Origin: Bispira polyomma
Lineage: Eukaryota
Assembly (NCBI GenBank): GCA_965649765.1
Contig: OZ287758.1
Span: 21,204,001 to 21,268,000 of the forward strand
Length of the DNA stretch: 64,000 bases
Direction: 5' to 3'
Position numbers and translations under genes: made by a program. The notes under the pieces were generated by a model, which saw nothing but the letters and a program-made list of their open reading frames with translations, was not told where the DNA came from and did not search any database. Below, in pieces: positions 24,233-36,190 of the stretch (position 1 is the stretch's first letter; each line of letters begins with the position of its first letter).

Positions 24233-25860
24233 GGGTACATCTATTGAGATTTCCATCCATCTTGCTTTCCTACTAATAATGAAGCATTTTTCGGTTTTTA
24301 CTACGCACGTAGTTGAAATTTATGTACTAGTACCGAGTATCTGAAATACTTATAATAATAAAAAAACACTGTAATGTGACGCCGTCTAGCGATCAAAACC
24401 AAAGTGAAAAAGGGTGTGTTCTCGCCAGTTGGAAGAAATTGTACAGAAAATCAGCCATCCCGTCGATATAGGTGTATATATATCATATATATATTTGCAA
24501 ACCCATACTTTTCTTTGTATATCTAACTCTGTTGACATGTCCGTTGAAGCGAGAAAAAATATAAGGAAAAATGTGGTAATTACGAAACCCAAGTACTGAA
24601 CGCATTTAACAAACAAACTAAAAAAAAAATATTTTTTTCTAGAATGGTCATCATCCTTAGTACCAAACAGTCTTAAGTACGAAAAATGAAGTAAAAATTA
24701 TATAAGGAAATGGTAGAAGTGCTGTCCTAAAAATTGGATTCTCCCTACACTATAATCTAGATTTTATCTAGATAATAATTGCATACTATTAAAAGAAACA
24801 TGTTTAAACTATGTATATATGTATATATATATACCATCAGTTACATTTTGATGAAAATTTAGCTGCACGATGAATCGTTTTACTTATTATGCTACATCAC
24901 TTTTAAAGCCAAAAAGAACCGAAGAATTGTTCACCCTGCTCGGTAGATGACTGGGGATAATATGATGAAGCAGTTGGAGGACAACAAGGAATGTTTAGAG
25001 AAGGACCAACTTCCTACACCCAGTAAAAATTTTGAATAGGTTTTTTTATAACATTTTACAAATATGTAGCCGTTGGTGCAGTATATATTTCTTTCTTGTG
25101 AACTTATTGAAGCTTAATGAATTATTCATAAGAGAAATATATGGTATGTTGTCAGTTTAAAAAATGAAATAATCCATTCATATTTTTAAACAGTTTTGGT
25201 TTTCTACTCGTAAGAGTATTAACATTCCATCACTAGAACTAAGTTATTTCTGAATTTATTCCTTATTTTTATAGGACAGAATTTCGATTTTTAGGACAGC
25301 ACTTTCTACCATCTCCTTATATAATTTTTACTTCATTTTTACCGAGATGTTTACATCGAAAATTGGGTGATAGTTTTAATCCAATGTTTAGGACAGCACT
25401 TTTTACCATTTCCTTTTATTATTTTCACTTCAATTTTCGTAGCCTATACTGTTTGGTACTAAGGATGAGGACCATCCTATAATATATCTATTATTTTGTT
25501 TGTTAAATGCGTTTAGTACTTTGGTCTTGTAATTAACGCATTTTTCCTTATTTCTTTCCACGCTTGGACAGACATGTAAACAAAGATAGATATAGAAGGA
25601 AAAGCATGGGTTTGCAAATATATATATGATATATATACACCTATATCGACGGTATACTTGTAAATTCTATGTAATTTGCTCCAATATGCAAGAAGACACG
25701 CCTTTTGACTTTGGTTTCGACCGCTAGACGGCGACACATTACAGTATTTCAGATACTCTGTACTAGTACATGAATTTCAACTACGTGCTTTGCGAAAACT
25801 GAAAAATGCTTCATTATTAGTAGGAAAGCAAGATTGATGGAAATATGAATAGATGGACCC
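24233..25860. mobile_element. Non-autonomous DNA transposon with ~500-bp TIRs and TTAA TSD (Kolobok-like termini)
   Basis: ttaa|gggtacatctatt..catcttgctttcctactaataatgaagcatttttc versus gaaaaatgcttcattattagtaggaaagcaaga..aatagatggaccc|ttaa; arms match inward to ~24735 and ~25290. Confidence 0.9.
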
Positions 25861-26379
25861 TTAAATGTATTTATCTATATATTATCCCATATGCACATAT
25901 AGTTGCTTTAATCCATCACAATTTGTTTAGTTTGCGAGACTTCCTCCACAGCTTTCGAAACTGATACATTTGTGGCATTAAAAATATGTAAACAATAATA
26001 AAAAATGGCCACCAACCTCGTTATATCAAGCGAGACGGTGATTGGCTGAAAATCTGGGCTGTTTCTAATGCGCTTGCTCAGTAACCGAAGCGTATCGTGT
26101 CAAAGGTCAGACCTATTAGAGGATTAATTGATTTCAATTAGAATAGTTTGGGCTCGCTCCGCCAGAGGTCGGCACAATATACCCATGCTTCACTTCACTG
26201 CAATTATATCGTAGTGTTGCATAATACACCATTTCTACACATCAAATACTTGCTTTATGATTATATATAAATACGTTTTCCATTTATAATCCCAGACTAC
26301 AATATAAAAAGCTATTAATTTAAAAAGACCGTAGTATGCCGGCCTCTAGCAGACGAAACCCAAACCATTGTCAAGTACA

Positions 26380-28008
26380 CAGATATGGATGTGTTGTTTA
26401 CTTTTCTCCAACGACCTTCACCCGAAATTGACAATGCTATTGCAAGAGTAGTTCGGGTGACGTCATTATGATGTTTCATATACGGTACATGTACTTCACG
26501 TCTTTGACAAATAAACATATATACATCGAGCCATTGTTTACAACAACGAAAGGAAATAGATGACAATACATATAGCATTTCTGAAATTTATCTGTATATT
26601 AATACTTTCAATTTGCTTTTTAAACGAAAACGTTGTTTGTCGGGAAATGGTATGCAATGACCATTGATATATTTATTATCCCCTTCATTTGATATACATG
26701 CAGACGGCATCGTCATTCAAATGTATATTGTTTTCTCGACATTTAGTATTAATAGATAGATATCCAAGTATATTGTAGTCTGAATATGTGAGTGAAGTAT
26801 ATCTGTGTATATAACCACAGCATTTATTGAAACAGCAACAATGATCGAGGAGATTAAAATACCAACATCCATATAAGGGTATTAAACTGTCAATATACAC
26901 CAGCAGTATATACAAATGGGCCGTCACAAAGCCAGACTAATTTTATGTTATATATATATCTATATTATAAGAATAAATGAAGCGTAGAAATGGTGTACAA
27001 CGAGGCAGGGTTTTCACATATCTATATACTTTGCAAATACCTTCAAATCTGTTTATATTCACAGTAACCAAAGTTGTGTAGTAAGTACACAGATAGATAA
27101 ACACATGTTGATCAATCTCGTAATATACTTGCTATATAATACTCGACATCGCTTTGGAAAAAAAATACGGTCACAGATGGGGCGAGTTCCTGATTGGCAG
27201 ATTATCAGCTGATATGTGTGTAGTTTAGAAAATATGGCTTCACCATTTAATTTCCTTAAATAACATTTATTTCTAATTTTAAAGTAAAAAAGCAAGCCGT
27301 TTTTTAAACTATATTTTACTTCTTTTCAGATTTCCATCCATTTTCGCTACGTATAAGTCTATGTGGTTTTTTGTGAATAATAATCACCTGTTGATCACCG
27401 GAAGTACCGTTTTATAAAAAAATGAAGATCGTGGCTTCACAATTCGATGAGATTTCCTTAAATAAAACGTAAAAAATATTTACCTTGTGTTTATGAGGTC
27501 TGCTTACACAGTTTTTGTTACAGTTATATGACTTAAACATATTAATCTCTTCAATTTGCTTTCCATATATCCCAGCTACTTTATCTCTATGTGCTTCTCA
27601 ATTACGCAATATTTATTGTTATGAAGCGTCACATGTGTGTGATCAGCCAATCAGAATCGCTGATACAGTAACCAATGAAATTGCTCCCTACAAACAGACA
27701 TTGACCATCAGCAACCAAGATGGAGTTGTAGGTGAACAAAGCAACATCTGTGAGATACCAAAAGATATAAAATATATTATGTTGCAGTTATTATTCTAAA
27801 AAATGACCTCACATTGGCCAACCAAAATAAAAATATACTAAAGATACTACACGGCTGTCGGCAATTCTGAACTCTATCTTCTTTTCAGTGATCACTTCAT
27901 TCTTGTTACACATATAGTACAACACATTGCAACCAAACAAGACCATCTCAAGACCATCCCAAGACCGTCTCCAGACTGTCCATAACAACGGCAATACCTG
28001 AGCACCAG
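26380..28008 (+). repeat. Second copy of the non-coding module at 11265-12275
   Basis: Same blocks in largely the same order, including the caagacc(a/g)tct tandem and atac(c/g)tgagcaccag end. Confidence 0.85.
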
Positions 28009-29528
28009 CTCACTGATTTCCTGTCTTATTATGACACATTTCGGGGGTAATACATGAATAAATGAAAGTGTAAGTATGAAATCGATAACTTTTTGTATAA
28101 CATTGCTAATTCAGCTACCCCTGGCGAAATTGACTTGTGTTTTCCAGTTATAGTAGGCGGTAATAGAGGATTATAGCAAATAACTTCCCTAAATCAAATT
28201 TCTTTCTGGTTTTTATGTCCGTTTAATTGAATGTACGTACGTTAAATAGCTAAATTTTAATTTTGCAAAATATTTCCATATTATTAAATAGCAAAATATT
28301 TCCATATTATCAAGTTTAATAATTCTACACAGTACTGCCTGGAAAAATTCACTGGCCGACCAGTATACCAAATATGGGCATTTTGTTAAACACTTGTGAA
28401 AGCAGCAGTCCTGGTTTGGCCAAAAATATTGGCATTTCAGAATTATAGGTAATATTATATGTCTATCAAGATGAGAAAAGAAAGGCATAAAAGGACAAAA
28501 AAACATTTGTATTCAAAAGAATTTTACTATTTATTTAAACAAAGTACATTGTATTTAAAGGCTAATTCATTTGTGTCATTGTATATGTAAATGTCAGATC
28601 CGAACTTACAATTTGGCTAATCTTAAGATGGGCTATAGCCCAACATAGGATTATAATTCTTACGATTGGGCAGGGAAACTAGCCAATTGAGATTAGATTA
28701 AAATTGAAAACTAGAGATCTTAAATGTTTAAATTGTATAAAAATTAATTCACATGAAGATGATTTATTTTTAATTGTTTGAATGTAATTGCAGGTTTAAA
28801 GCTCGTTATTGAACGTTCCAGTTAGTACTTGTTTTACTGATAAACTAACATTTATAACGTATCTTTTTTAAGAGTGTAATTCTCTTTAACAAATTGCCCT
28901 AAATTGTTGTACGATCACAATACACATATCCTTTCACTATTCCTTTTGCACAGATTAATTTGATGCCTTGATATAATGGGAAACCATGATTTACTTGATT
29001 TTTTTGTAAGGACTAGATCTGTGAAAAGTGTACTTGGCCTGTATTCACTGACAGACTTAGCCAAGTCTTAAATCCACTATATTTTTGATTTTAAAGGGTG
29101 GTTCCAATATCAGGATTTGGTACCTGACCGTCCCGACTTTGAGGTCTGGGGCGTGTACGGGGCTTGTACCTGTTCGGGGAGCAAAATCGGGGTGGTCTGG
29201 AAGGTTGGGAAGAATTTCGAACATGAGAGGTAAAAGTTCCACCAGGGGGAAGAGAGGACAGAACTTATTAGCAGTAGGATCTGACATATTCAGTACCGAC
29301 CAATAGGATCAAACTTTTGCAGATTAGGGTGTGTAGGTACAAAAACATCCCGTCAGTACTGGACTCGTAGTATTTGGAGATTGCTGGCTAGTACTTGAAG
29401 TTGTATTTTTCAGAGAGAATTTTTATTGTTTTTAAGTGGTTGTATGTATTGAGTTTAGGGCAAGTTTTACAGTTAGGTTTTATTAAACACACAACATTAA
29501 TATCAGCAAGATACCTAAATTATGGAGA

Positions 29529-30730
29529 GTGAAGAGGAAGATTGTAGAGAAGAAGAAGGAGAGGGAGTTTGAAGTTAGAGTTTCATCAGATGAACTGGAG
29601 AGGAAGAGGAGAGATGATAGAGTGAGCCCAACACTGAGTGAGAGGGTAGAGAATGACAGAGAGTTAGAGGCTTTCCAAAGATTGAAGGATTCGTCGGAGG
29701 GATTGCTTAGATTTTCACAGTTCAGAGGACGTGTAAAGAAGACAGGAAAAATGGTCCATGTGATTCTCACAGAGGAATATGAGGAAGCAGTGGTAGAATC
29801 TGTCAGATACAACAAAGTGCTTTTCAACAAGCACCAGTTCAAGGACCAGTCCCTCAAGGAGAAGTTATGGTCAGACTTCGCCGCTACCCGTGAATTGAAA
29901 ACCACAGAGGTAAAGACATTTTTCGAATCCCAGAGGACGCATTTTGGGAAGCTGATGATAAAGAAGTCTGGACAAGAGTAGTTTTTTTGTACTACACATA
30001 TATACTACTGACAAGCCCCACCTGATTTCACCGACCGATAGAATTGGCTGATCACACGCTTCTCGTTTGTGGGATCACACATTGTCAGACATGTGAACTC
30101 TTGAGGCTTTAAGCGTTTGAATGACCACCCACAGAACTTTTTGACCCAGCAGTCTCAGCATCCACCTGAACAGTTTGTTTTGATGGATACAGCTACAGAG
30201 CGTTCGGCTGCTGGGTTGTCCCAGGAGAAGCCTGTTTCAACGTACCTCCCACAGAACTTTACGACACAGCAGTCTCAGCAGAGTGTGAAATCGTGGACTT
30301 AGTATATCATGGAAGAACATTCAGGGGTTGCTACTAAGTTGAAAATGCCCAGCATTTTTCCTAGTAAGCAGCACTCAAACCCACCTTCCAATGCGTCCTT
30401 GTTTGATGAGTCAGCACACAACACTTCCAGCATCTCAAACTTCCTGAGGAAGTACAACATCGAGACACCCCAGGACTTTGGATTTGAAAGAGTTAGCCCC
30501 AACGCCCCAGGAATAGTGGTAACACCTTTACCTTTGGATAACCAACAGCAACAGGTGATACTCATAGACAACACACAGCAACCATAGCAGATTGTCTCAC
30601 AGCCCCCCACACCTCAGCCAGAGTCCGAGCCCGCTTCACAACAGCAACAGCTACAGCCCCAACCCCAGCCAACTTCACAACAACTGTCAACCTCCACCAC
30701 TCCACGACCAACACCACCTCCACAGTAGCT
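29529..30730 (+). pseudogene. Harbinger MADF/Myb-SANT-like DNA-binding protein (broken)
   Basis: LTEEYEEAVVESVRYNKVLFNK..FKDQSLKEKLWSDFA..VKTFFESQRTHFGKL..KSGQ..FTDR*NWL..FSFV..HI, then a Q/P/T-rich tail; stops. Confidence 0.78.
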
Positions 30731-30844
30731 AGTTTTCAATCTCAAAGTGGGGTGTGTTTCGAGCCCTATCCCCAGGGTAACCTCTGGCCCTTTTTGGGCC
30801 ACCCAATTCCTTCAAGAACAATGACTGAGTTATTTGTTGTAAAA

Positions 30845-31095
30845 AAAAACAATTCACACATACAGACAATAATATAATTATCATTGTCCAAAAAAAACAG
30901 AATAAAAAAAATGGAAAGTCGCAAATATTATCCCAAACAAACCGATTACACCGTCCCCTTAAAATAAATTCACACATACAGACAGAAATATAATTATCAT
31001 TGTCCAAACAAAAACCTCAAACATTAGCCCAAACAAACAGATTATTCTAGCTACGCAAAACAAATAACACATATACAGACAAAACTTAATTATCA
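30845..31095 (+). repeat. ~120-bp diverged tandem repeat (2-3 units)
   Basis: aattcacacatacagacaataatataattatcattgtccaaa recurs at ~30851, ~30968 and ~31065. Confidence 0.7.
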
Positions 31096-32099
31096 CCCCC
31101 CTCCCAATAATTGTTTGTGAATGTCCAACTTGTGAAGTAAAATGTCCATTTTACTAGCACGACCCCTTTAGGGGGCCTGCTGTCTCAGTTCCTAACCCCC
31201 TTTTTTTCCTTTTTTAAGGGGACTATTCTTGTTCCCCATTCTGTCCATCCCTCATTAGCTATGAACCAATCACACTGCACATGCTTCATGATTTTGTGTT
31301 TTTGGCCCTTGCTCAGGCATCACTTTCACCCCAAGTGTACAAGGGTAAACATCAAATCAGAAAACATTTTCCACCACCCTCTCCTCCACCAAGTATTGGG
31401 TTCTTGGTTGCTATATTACTTTTTATCACTTCGGGCCTGGGGCCGTGTGGAGGTCGGGGGGCCGTCTCCTGCTCGTGTATGGTGTATGAGAGGGGCGTCC
31501 GTCTAGTCCTCTGCTAGGCGATTTGGTGCCTTAGGCCCTTCGCCCTATTCCTCTTTAAATGAGATCCACAGGACCCCTTAATTGGCAGTTACCTCTAGCG
31601 ATCAGAGTTACTTGCGCTGTTTCTGGCATTTGTGGTTTCCACACTGCTACAGGGTTCTTGGGGCTTAACCTCTGACTAAATAATTAAGGGTTTTATCCCC
31701 TGCTTCTGTGACCTTATAGGTCATTAATTTTTTGCTACTTGCCAGGGCCAGTCCCATTGTGGTGTTTTGTAATTTTTAGTTTTTATTTCTTTTTTTAACG
31801 TATTATCTGTAGTATTTAATTTACATGTTTCTTACTACACTCATGTCTGCTTTTGTGGGCTTTATTTGTTATCCCATTGTGGGCTAATATTAAAATCTAA
31901 TTTTATAACATTTGAATATACTTTTACCTACCCTGTACATATATACTAACCTGCACAGACTAAAATACCTCAAACCTTATTCTGGTTCTCACTTAGCTTT
32001 CACTATAACTTCTTCTCCACTTTAACCTTTACCTTTGGGAACTGTGGAACATTTTGAGTTATATAAACTGACTGAGAATAGGAAAAAAAGAGAAAACCT

Positions 32100-32415
32100 C
32101 CCAAAATTGCCCAAGTAAGTACCTAATTGGGAATGAAAAGCCCTATCCCCATTGCAAATGTTTTGATTAAATGACAAGGGATACCAAAGATAAGATATTA
32201 CTTGAAAAAAATGGAAAGTCTGTCAAATCTGTCCCAATAAGTACCAAATTGAGATATGAATTTGAATTCCCTATCCCCATAGCAAATGTTTCTGATAAAT
32301 AATGACAGACAATAATGCTAATAAAATGTTTAAAAAAAAAACAATACAAAGTCTGTCCTAAATATCCCATCAAGTACCAAATTGAGATACATTCTCCCTA
32401 TGCTCACATGCATTG
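32100..32415 (+). repeat. ~125-bp diverged tandem repeat (3 units)
   Basis: aagtacc(t/a)aattg(g/a)ga...ccctat(c/g)c recurs at ~32117, ~32240 and ~32372. Confidence 0.6.
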
Positions 32416-32799
32416 TCTTTAATAAATAATTGGGAAAATAAATTATCCAGAAATAATTTTGGAGAAAAGCAATTGTGAAATTTTTGCAGTGGTGCAATGA
32501 TAAGTTTTTTTTGTGAAGAAAATAAACAAAATTCTGAGATTGTAATCGTCCAAATAAGTGGTCACCCCACTTTTTAGGGTTTGAACCCAGTTTTGTCCCT
32601 GAACAAGTGGTCACCCAAATTACAAAAGTTATAACATATGACCAAGCACACAAAACTGCCCATGTACTATATGTTGTTGGGGTAACAAACAGCTCGAACA
32701 TTGTGCTGGAAAAATTGGGGTGGTCCTAAAAAGGACTTTTTAAATTTTTAGCTACTGCAAGACCTCTGGGTTGGCTTCTCATCTGACTCAGGTAGTTAG

Positions 32800-33613
32800 G
32801 CTCAGGCTCAGGTTAAACTCTTTCCTCTTGCCACGGGACAGCCCACTCATTCATAAAATAGTCCATTAACAAGTCCCTCTGTTCTTGGGGTGCTCCAGTG
32901 CTGGGTTTCCACATCAGAGTCTCAGTAGATTATGTAATATCACACATGTCAATGTCAGATTTGAGGCCGCCAGGGGGTATTGTTGCATCGTCGTTAGTAA
33001 TAGGCGGAACCGGCTAGTCAAAATCCCAAAAACGTTCTCCACCACCCGCCTTCTCCTGGATATCTTGTGGTTACAAATTCTCTGGTGATGGGTGAGTGCC
33101 CTCCTTGAGTCGGGTTTCATCAGTTACGTTTTCAGAGCAAAGGCCTCGTCCCCCAGCAGAAAGTAATCCACATCACATTGAGACCCCTCAAACAGTCGTG
33201 CTGGTCTGCGCAGCCCGATGGATCCAAATTCTATCTTCTGCTTGAGCACTGTAGCTCTCCCCAGTGGCCAGGTGCCTTAAAGTTACAGCCAGTTTCAGTC
33301 CAACATCCAAGGGCTTTCTGTACCAAGTTATGGCTCTTCTGACATGGGGTGTCATCGTCTCCTTGATTTCAGGTGGCAGCCTGAAAAAATTTCTGTGTGC
33401 AGGTGCATCCCCCTCCACTAGCTCCAGCATTAAGTTTGTGTAGTATCTTTTCCCCTCACTTTGCCTGATCCAGGGCTTGACCCAGTGGATTGGTGACCTA
33501 CGTTGAAGTCTAATCTTCTCTGGGAAATCCCAAGGGGCACGTGTTGGTGTTAGGTTTAATTCTTCCTGAGTCTGAGCCTGAGCCTTGTCTTTCTCATGTT
33601 GTAATATAAACAT
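32800..33613 (-). pseudogene. Harbinger (HARBI1-like, DDE_Tnp_4) transposase with internal deletion
   Basis: WVKPWI..YYTNLMLEL..HRNFFRLPP..KLAVTLRHLATGESY then YFLLGDEAFAL..LMKP..RRVVENVFGILTSRFR..CVILHNL; the DG-motif region is missing. Confidence 0.9.
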
Positions 33614-34109
33614 GATGAAACATACTTAAATCTCAAAAAAAAATCATTTCTTCCTGGCATTGTTCTCTATTACTCAATTATTAATGACCTAATTACTCAA
33701 AAATTCCTGAGTTTTAGGTCTCAAAAAGGGTACTTATAGGGTCTGAAAGCACTCCCAACCTAATTTTTCAAAAAGTTTGATCCTATTGGTCAGAATGACA
33801 GATATCTCAGACCCTATAGTCAATAAGTTCAATCCCACCAAGGTCAGGAAGGTTGGGGGGTCAATGGAGTTCAAAGCCGTATGGCCTTTATGTTCGATTG
33901 GGGTCGCGGGCCCGTTAAAAAGGAACGCAATCAGTTCGATTGGCAAGGTCGGGACACATTTGCATTTTCCCGCCCAAAAAGTGGCTTTTTCACAATTTTT
34001 GGTCCGGTGAACTGGACCAAACTTTGCAGAAAGAGTGTGAAAATTACATCCAAGAAGTTTACAGACCCGTGTTGAAAGCATATCTCGAAATATAGCAGTC
34101 ATTGTGAAG

Positions 34110-34410
34110 TGGTCTCTACAGCCTGGTGTTTAGAGTCTCAAACTTGAAAAGATCTGAGGGTCCCGGTTTGATCCTCGATGCTAGCTTGGTGATTGTACCC
34201 TTGGACAAGGTATTTTACATAAAGTTGTCCCTCTCTACACAGGTGTAAATAATGGGTACCTGCCCGCTGATAAGTTTTCGTCTCTGCGCGCAGTGTGTGG
34301 CAGCACACTAATATGCTCCCTGAGGGAACTGAGACTAAACAATTGGTTGACACAAGTAAAAGATCAGGGTAATAATGTTAAAGCGCATTAGATAACATTG
34401 ATAATATTCA
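34110..34410 (+). mobile_element. tRNA-derived CORE/Deu-like SINE with L2-like tail
   Basis: B-box-like ggtttgatcc, core gtacccttggacaaggtatttt..caggtgtaaataatgggtacc, tgctccctgagggaactgag, tail tgttaaagcgcattaga. Confidence 0.7.
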
Positions 34411-35214
34411 CTTCCCTATATCAAATATATCAGGGTGTATCTACCATTTTCAGAAACCCTGTATGTTTACATTATTGCATAAAGATACCCGGCGACATGT
34501 TTTCAAACACATGTAGCCTCTAATTATATTAAAGAATGGGTTGGCATCCTTTCAAATTCAATGACATGTTCACGGTGACGTGGCCTAGTGGTTAGGGAGT
34601 TACTATGGTCCCCAGTTTTACTCTTGCTGATTGCCTCTAGTTTCATTAATGGGATGCCATCATTGGAGAAAATGTAAGCATACCTTTTCCCAGTGGCTTT
34701 GACCACTTAAAATGGCGATCCTCTGTGGCACAACAAATATCGTTGGTATCATTGAAAAATGGTGTCATCAACAAGCCTCTTGCTTCAGATACAGTTGTAC
34801 TTACAGGGGTGAACGATTGTGAACGACAGAGGGCATTATGATCAGGGTGGTTGACGAGCTGCTTCTAGTATCAACTAGTTAAGCATAAATGTGTTTGTGT
34901 GGTTTATATAGCTTTTATACAGTAGTTATAGCATTAATATTCGTATGTATGTATATAAATATATTTGATGTTAATAATAACCCAAATGTTTGCTTGTCTT
35001 AATTGAACTTATCTGGAGTTATACAGGTGTTAGACTGGGTTGTTATGATACAATTTGGCATAAATTTCACAGTAATTATTTTTTTTACTTAGTACTAAAT
35101 ATATAGATTTTAGTGCCTATTTATGCAGGTGTTCACAGGCACCAGGCAGACAATTTGATACACCAAAAAACAAATATCAAATACAATTATACAACATCCT
35201 ATGAATAAGCTTTA

Positions 35215-36190
35215 CTAAAACGATGTGTTTTTAAATCATCTTAAAAATTTTTGTGACCTGTTATTTTTCTCAGTTCACATGAAAGCTGATACAACAATTT
35301 AGGGCCAGCAACTGCAAATGATCTCTCTCCAAAGGTAGTCTTTTTGTATTGTAAGCGTGATGGCTTGATTTGGATGCAGCTGTCTTTTGGAATGTTTTTC
35401 TTTATAACTTCTTGTAATTATTCCAGGGCTACATTTTTGAGGCATTTAAACACAAGCAGAAGTATTATAAAAACTATCCTTTCATGGACTAGAAGCCAGT
35501 GAAGTTTTATCATAGCAGCTGAGGCATCGATTTGCTTTAACTACCAACCGTGCAGCAGCATTTTGAATATTTTACAACTTATTGATTATGTTCTTAGGTA
35601 TCCCATAAAAAAGACTGTTATAAAGACCCAATTTATAAATAAGAAATTCATGGTTTACTGTTTCTATGTTTTCTCTAGTTAAAAACCTCTTGGCTCATCT
35701 GATATTTCATGTACATATGGTGAAATACCAATATTGACAGCCACAACGGAAGGTACAATATGTACTCCACTTATTGCAATTGAATCAACCTTGGTATTCC
35801 TCAGACTTTGCTGTGAACAAAATACCATTACCTTTGTATTTTCTTTATCTGTATAAAAATAAGTTATGATATCAAATGATCTGATAACTTCACCTACTGG
35901 GCTAATGAAGTCTGCATCTAAAATCTTGACCTAATATACAACCGTGAGAGACGTGTTAAGTGCTTCTTATCAGAAAGTGTGTTGTTGGCAAAGATCTGGT
36001 GTGATCTATAATGGAGGTATTCCAAGACGGACCTTTTCCTAGTCCCAGCTGAATGTTTAAACGCTGTAGCAAAATTTTGTGATTAACAGTATCAAATGCT
36101 GTAGATAGGTACAACATCACAAGGATGGTGCATTTAGTTAGGTCCTAAAAGAAGCATTTTGTCACAGCTTTTTTGGATCTAGTGAGCTGT
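35215..36190 (-). mobile_element. Old L2/CR1 LINE RT fragment
   Basis: Minus strand LSTAFDTVNHKILLQRL, LDADF, NIQNAAA, KLHWLLVHERIVFII, TTFGERSFAVAGPKL; heavily decayed. Confidence 0.8.

Larger units (their letters stand above)
15969..28363 (+). mobile_element. pogo-type Tc1/mariner-superfamily DNA transposon, internally deleted, hosting nested insertions
   Basis: Perfect 19-bp TIRs ctggtcggccagtgaattt (15969-15987) and aaattcactggccgaccag (28345-28363), each flanked by TA; subterminal inverted motifs at 16018-16040 and 28083-28105; transposase 5' exons inside. Confidence 0.9.
29092..33957. mobile_element. PIF/Harbinger DNA transposon (decayed; right terminus not found)
   Basis: Convergent MADF ORF (+) and HARBI1-like transposase (-); perfect 21-bp subterminal inverted repeat 29298-29318 / 33771-33791; gtcccgac/gtcgggac inverted motif near 29130 / 33950; boundaries approximate. 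Confidence 0.8.

Noticed and set aside
24386-25737. Similar ORFs VDIGVYISYIYLQTH on opposite strands
   Set aside because: Produced by the MITE's inverted arms, not protein-coding
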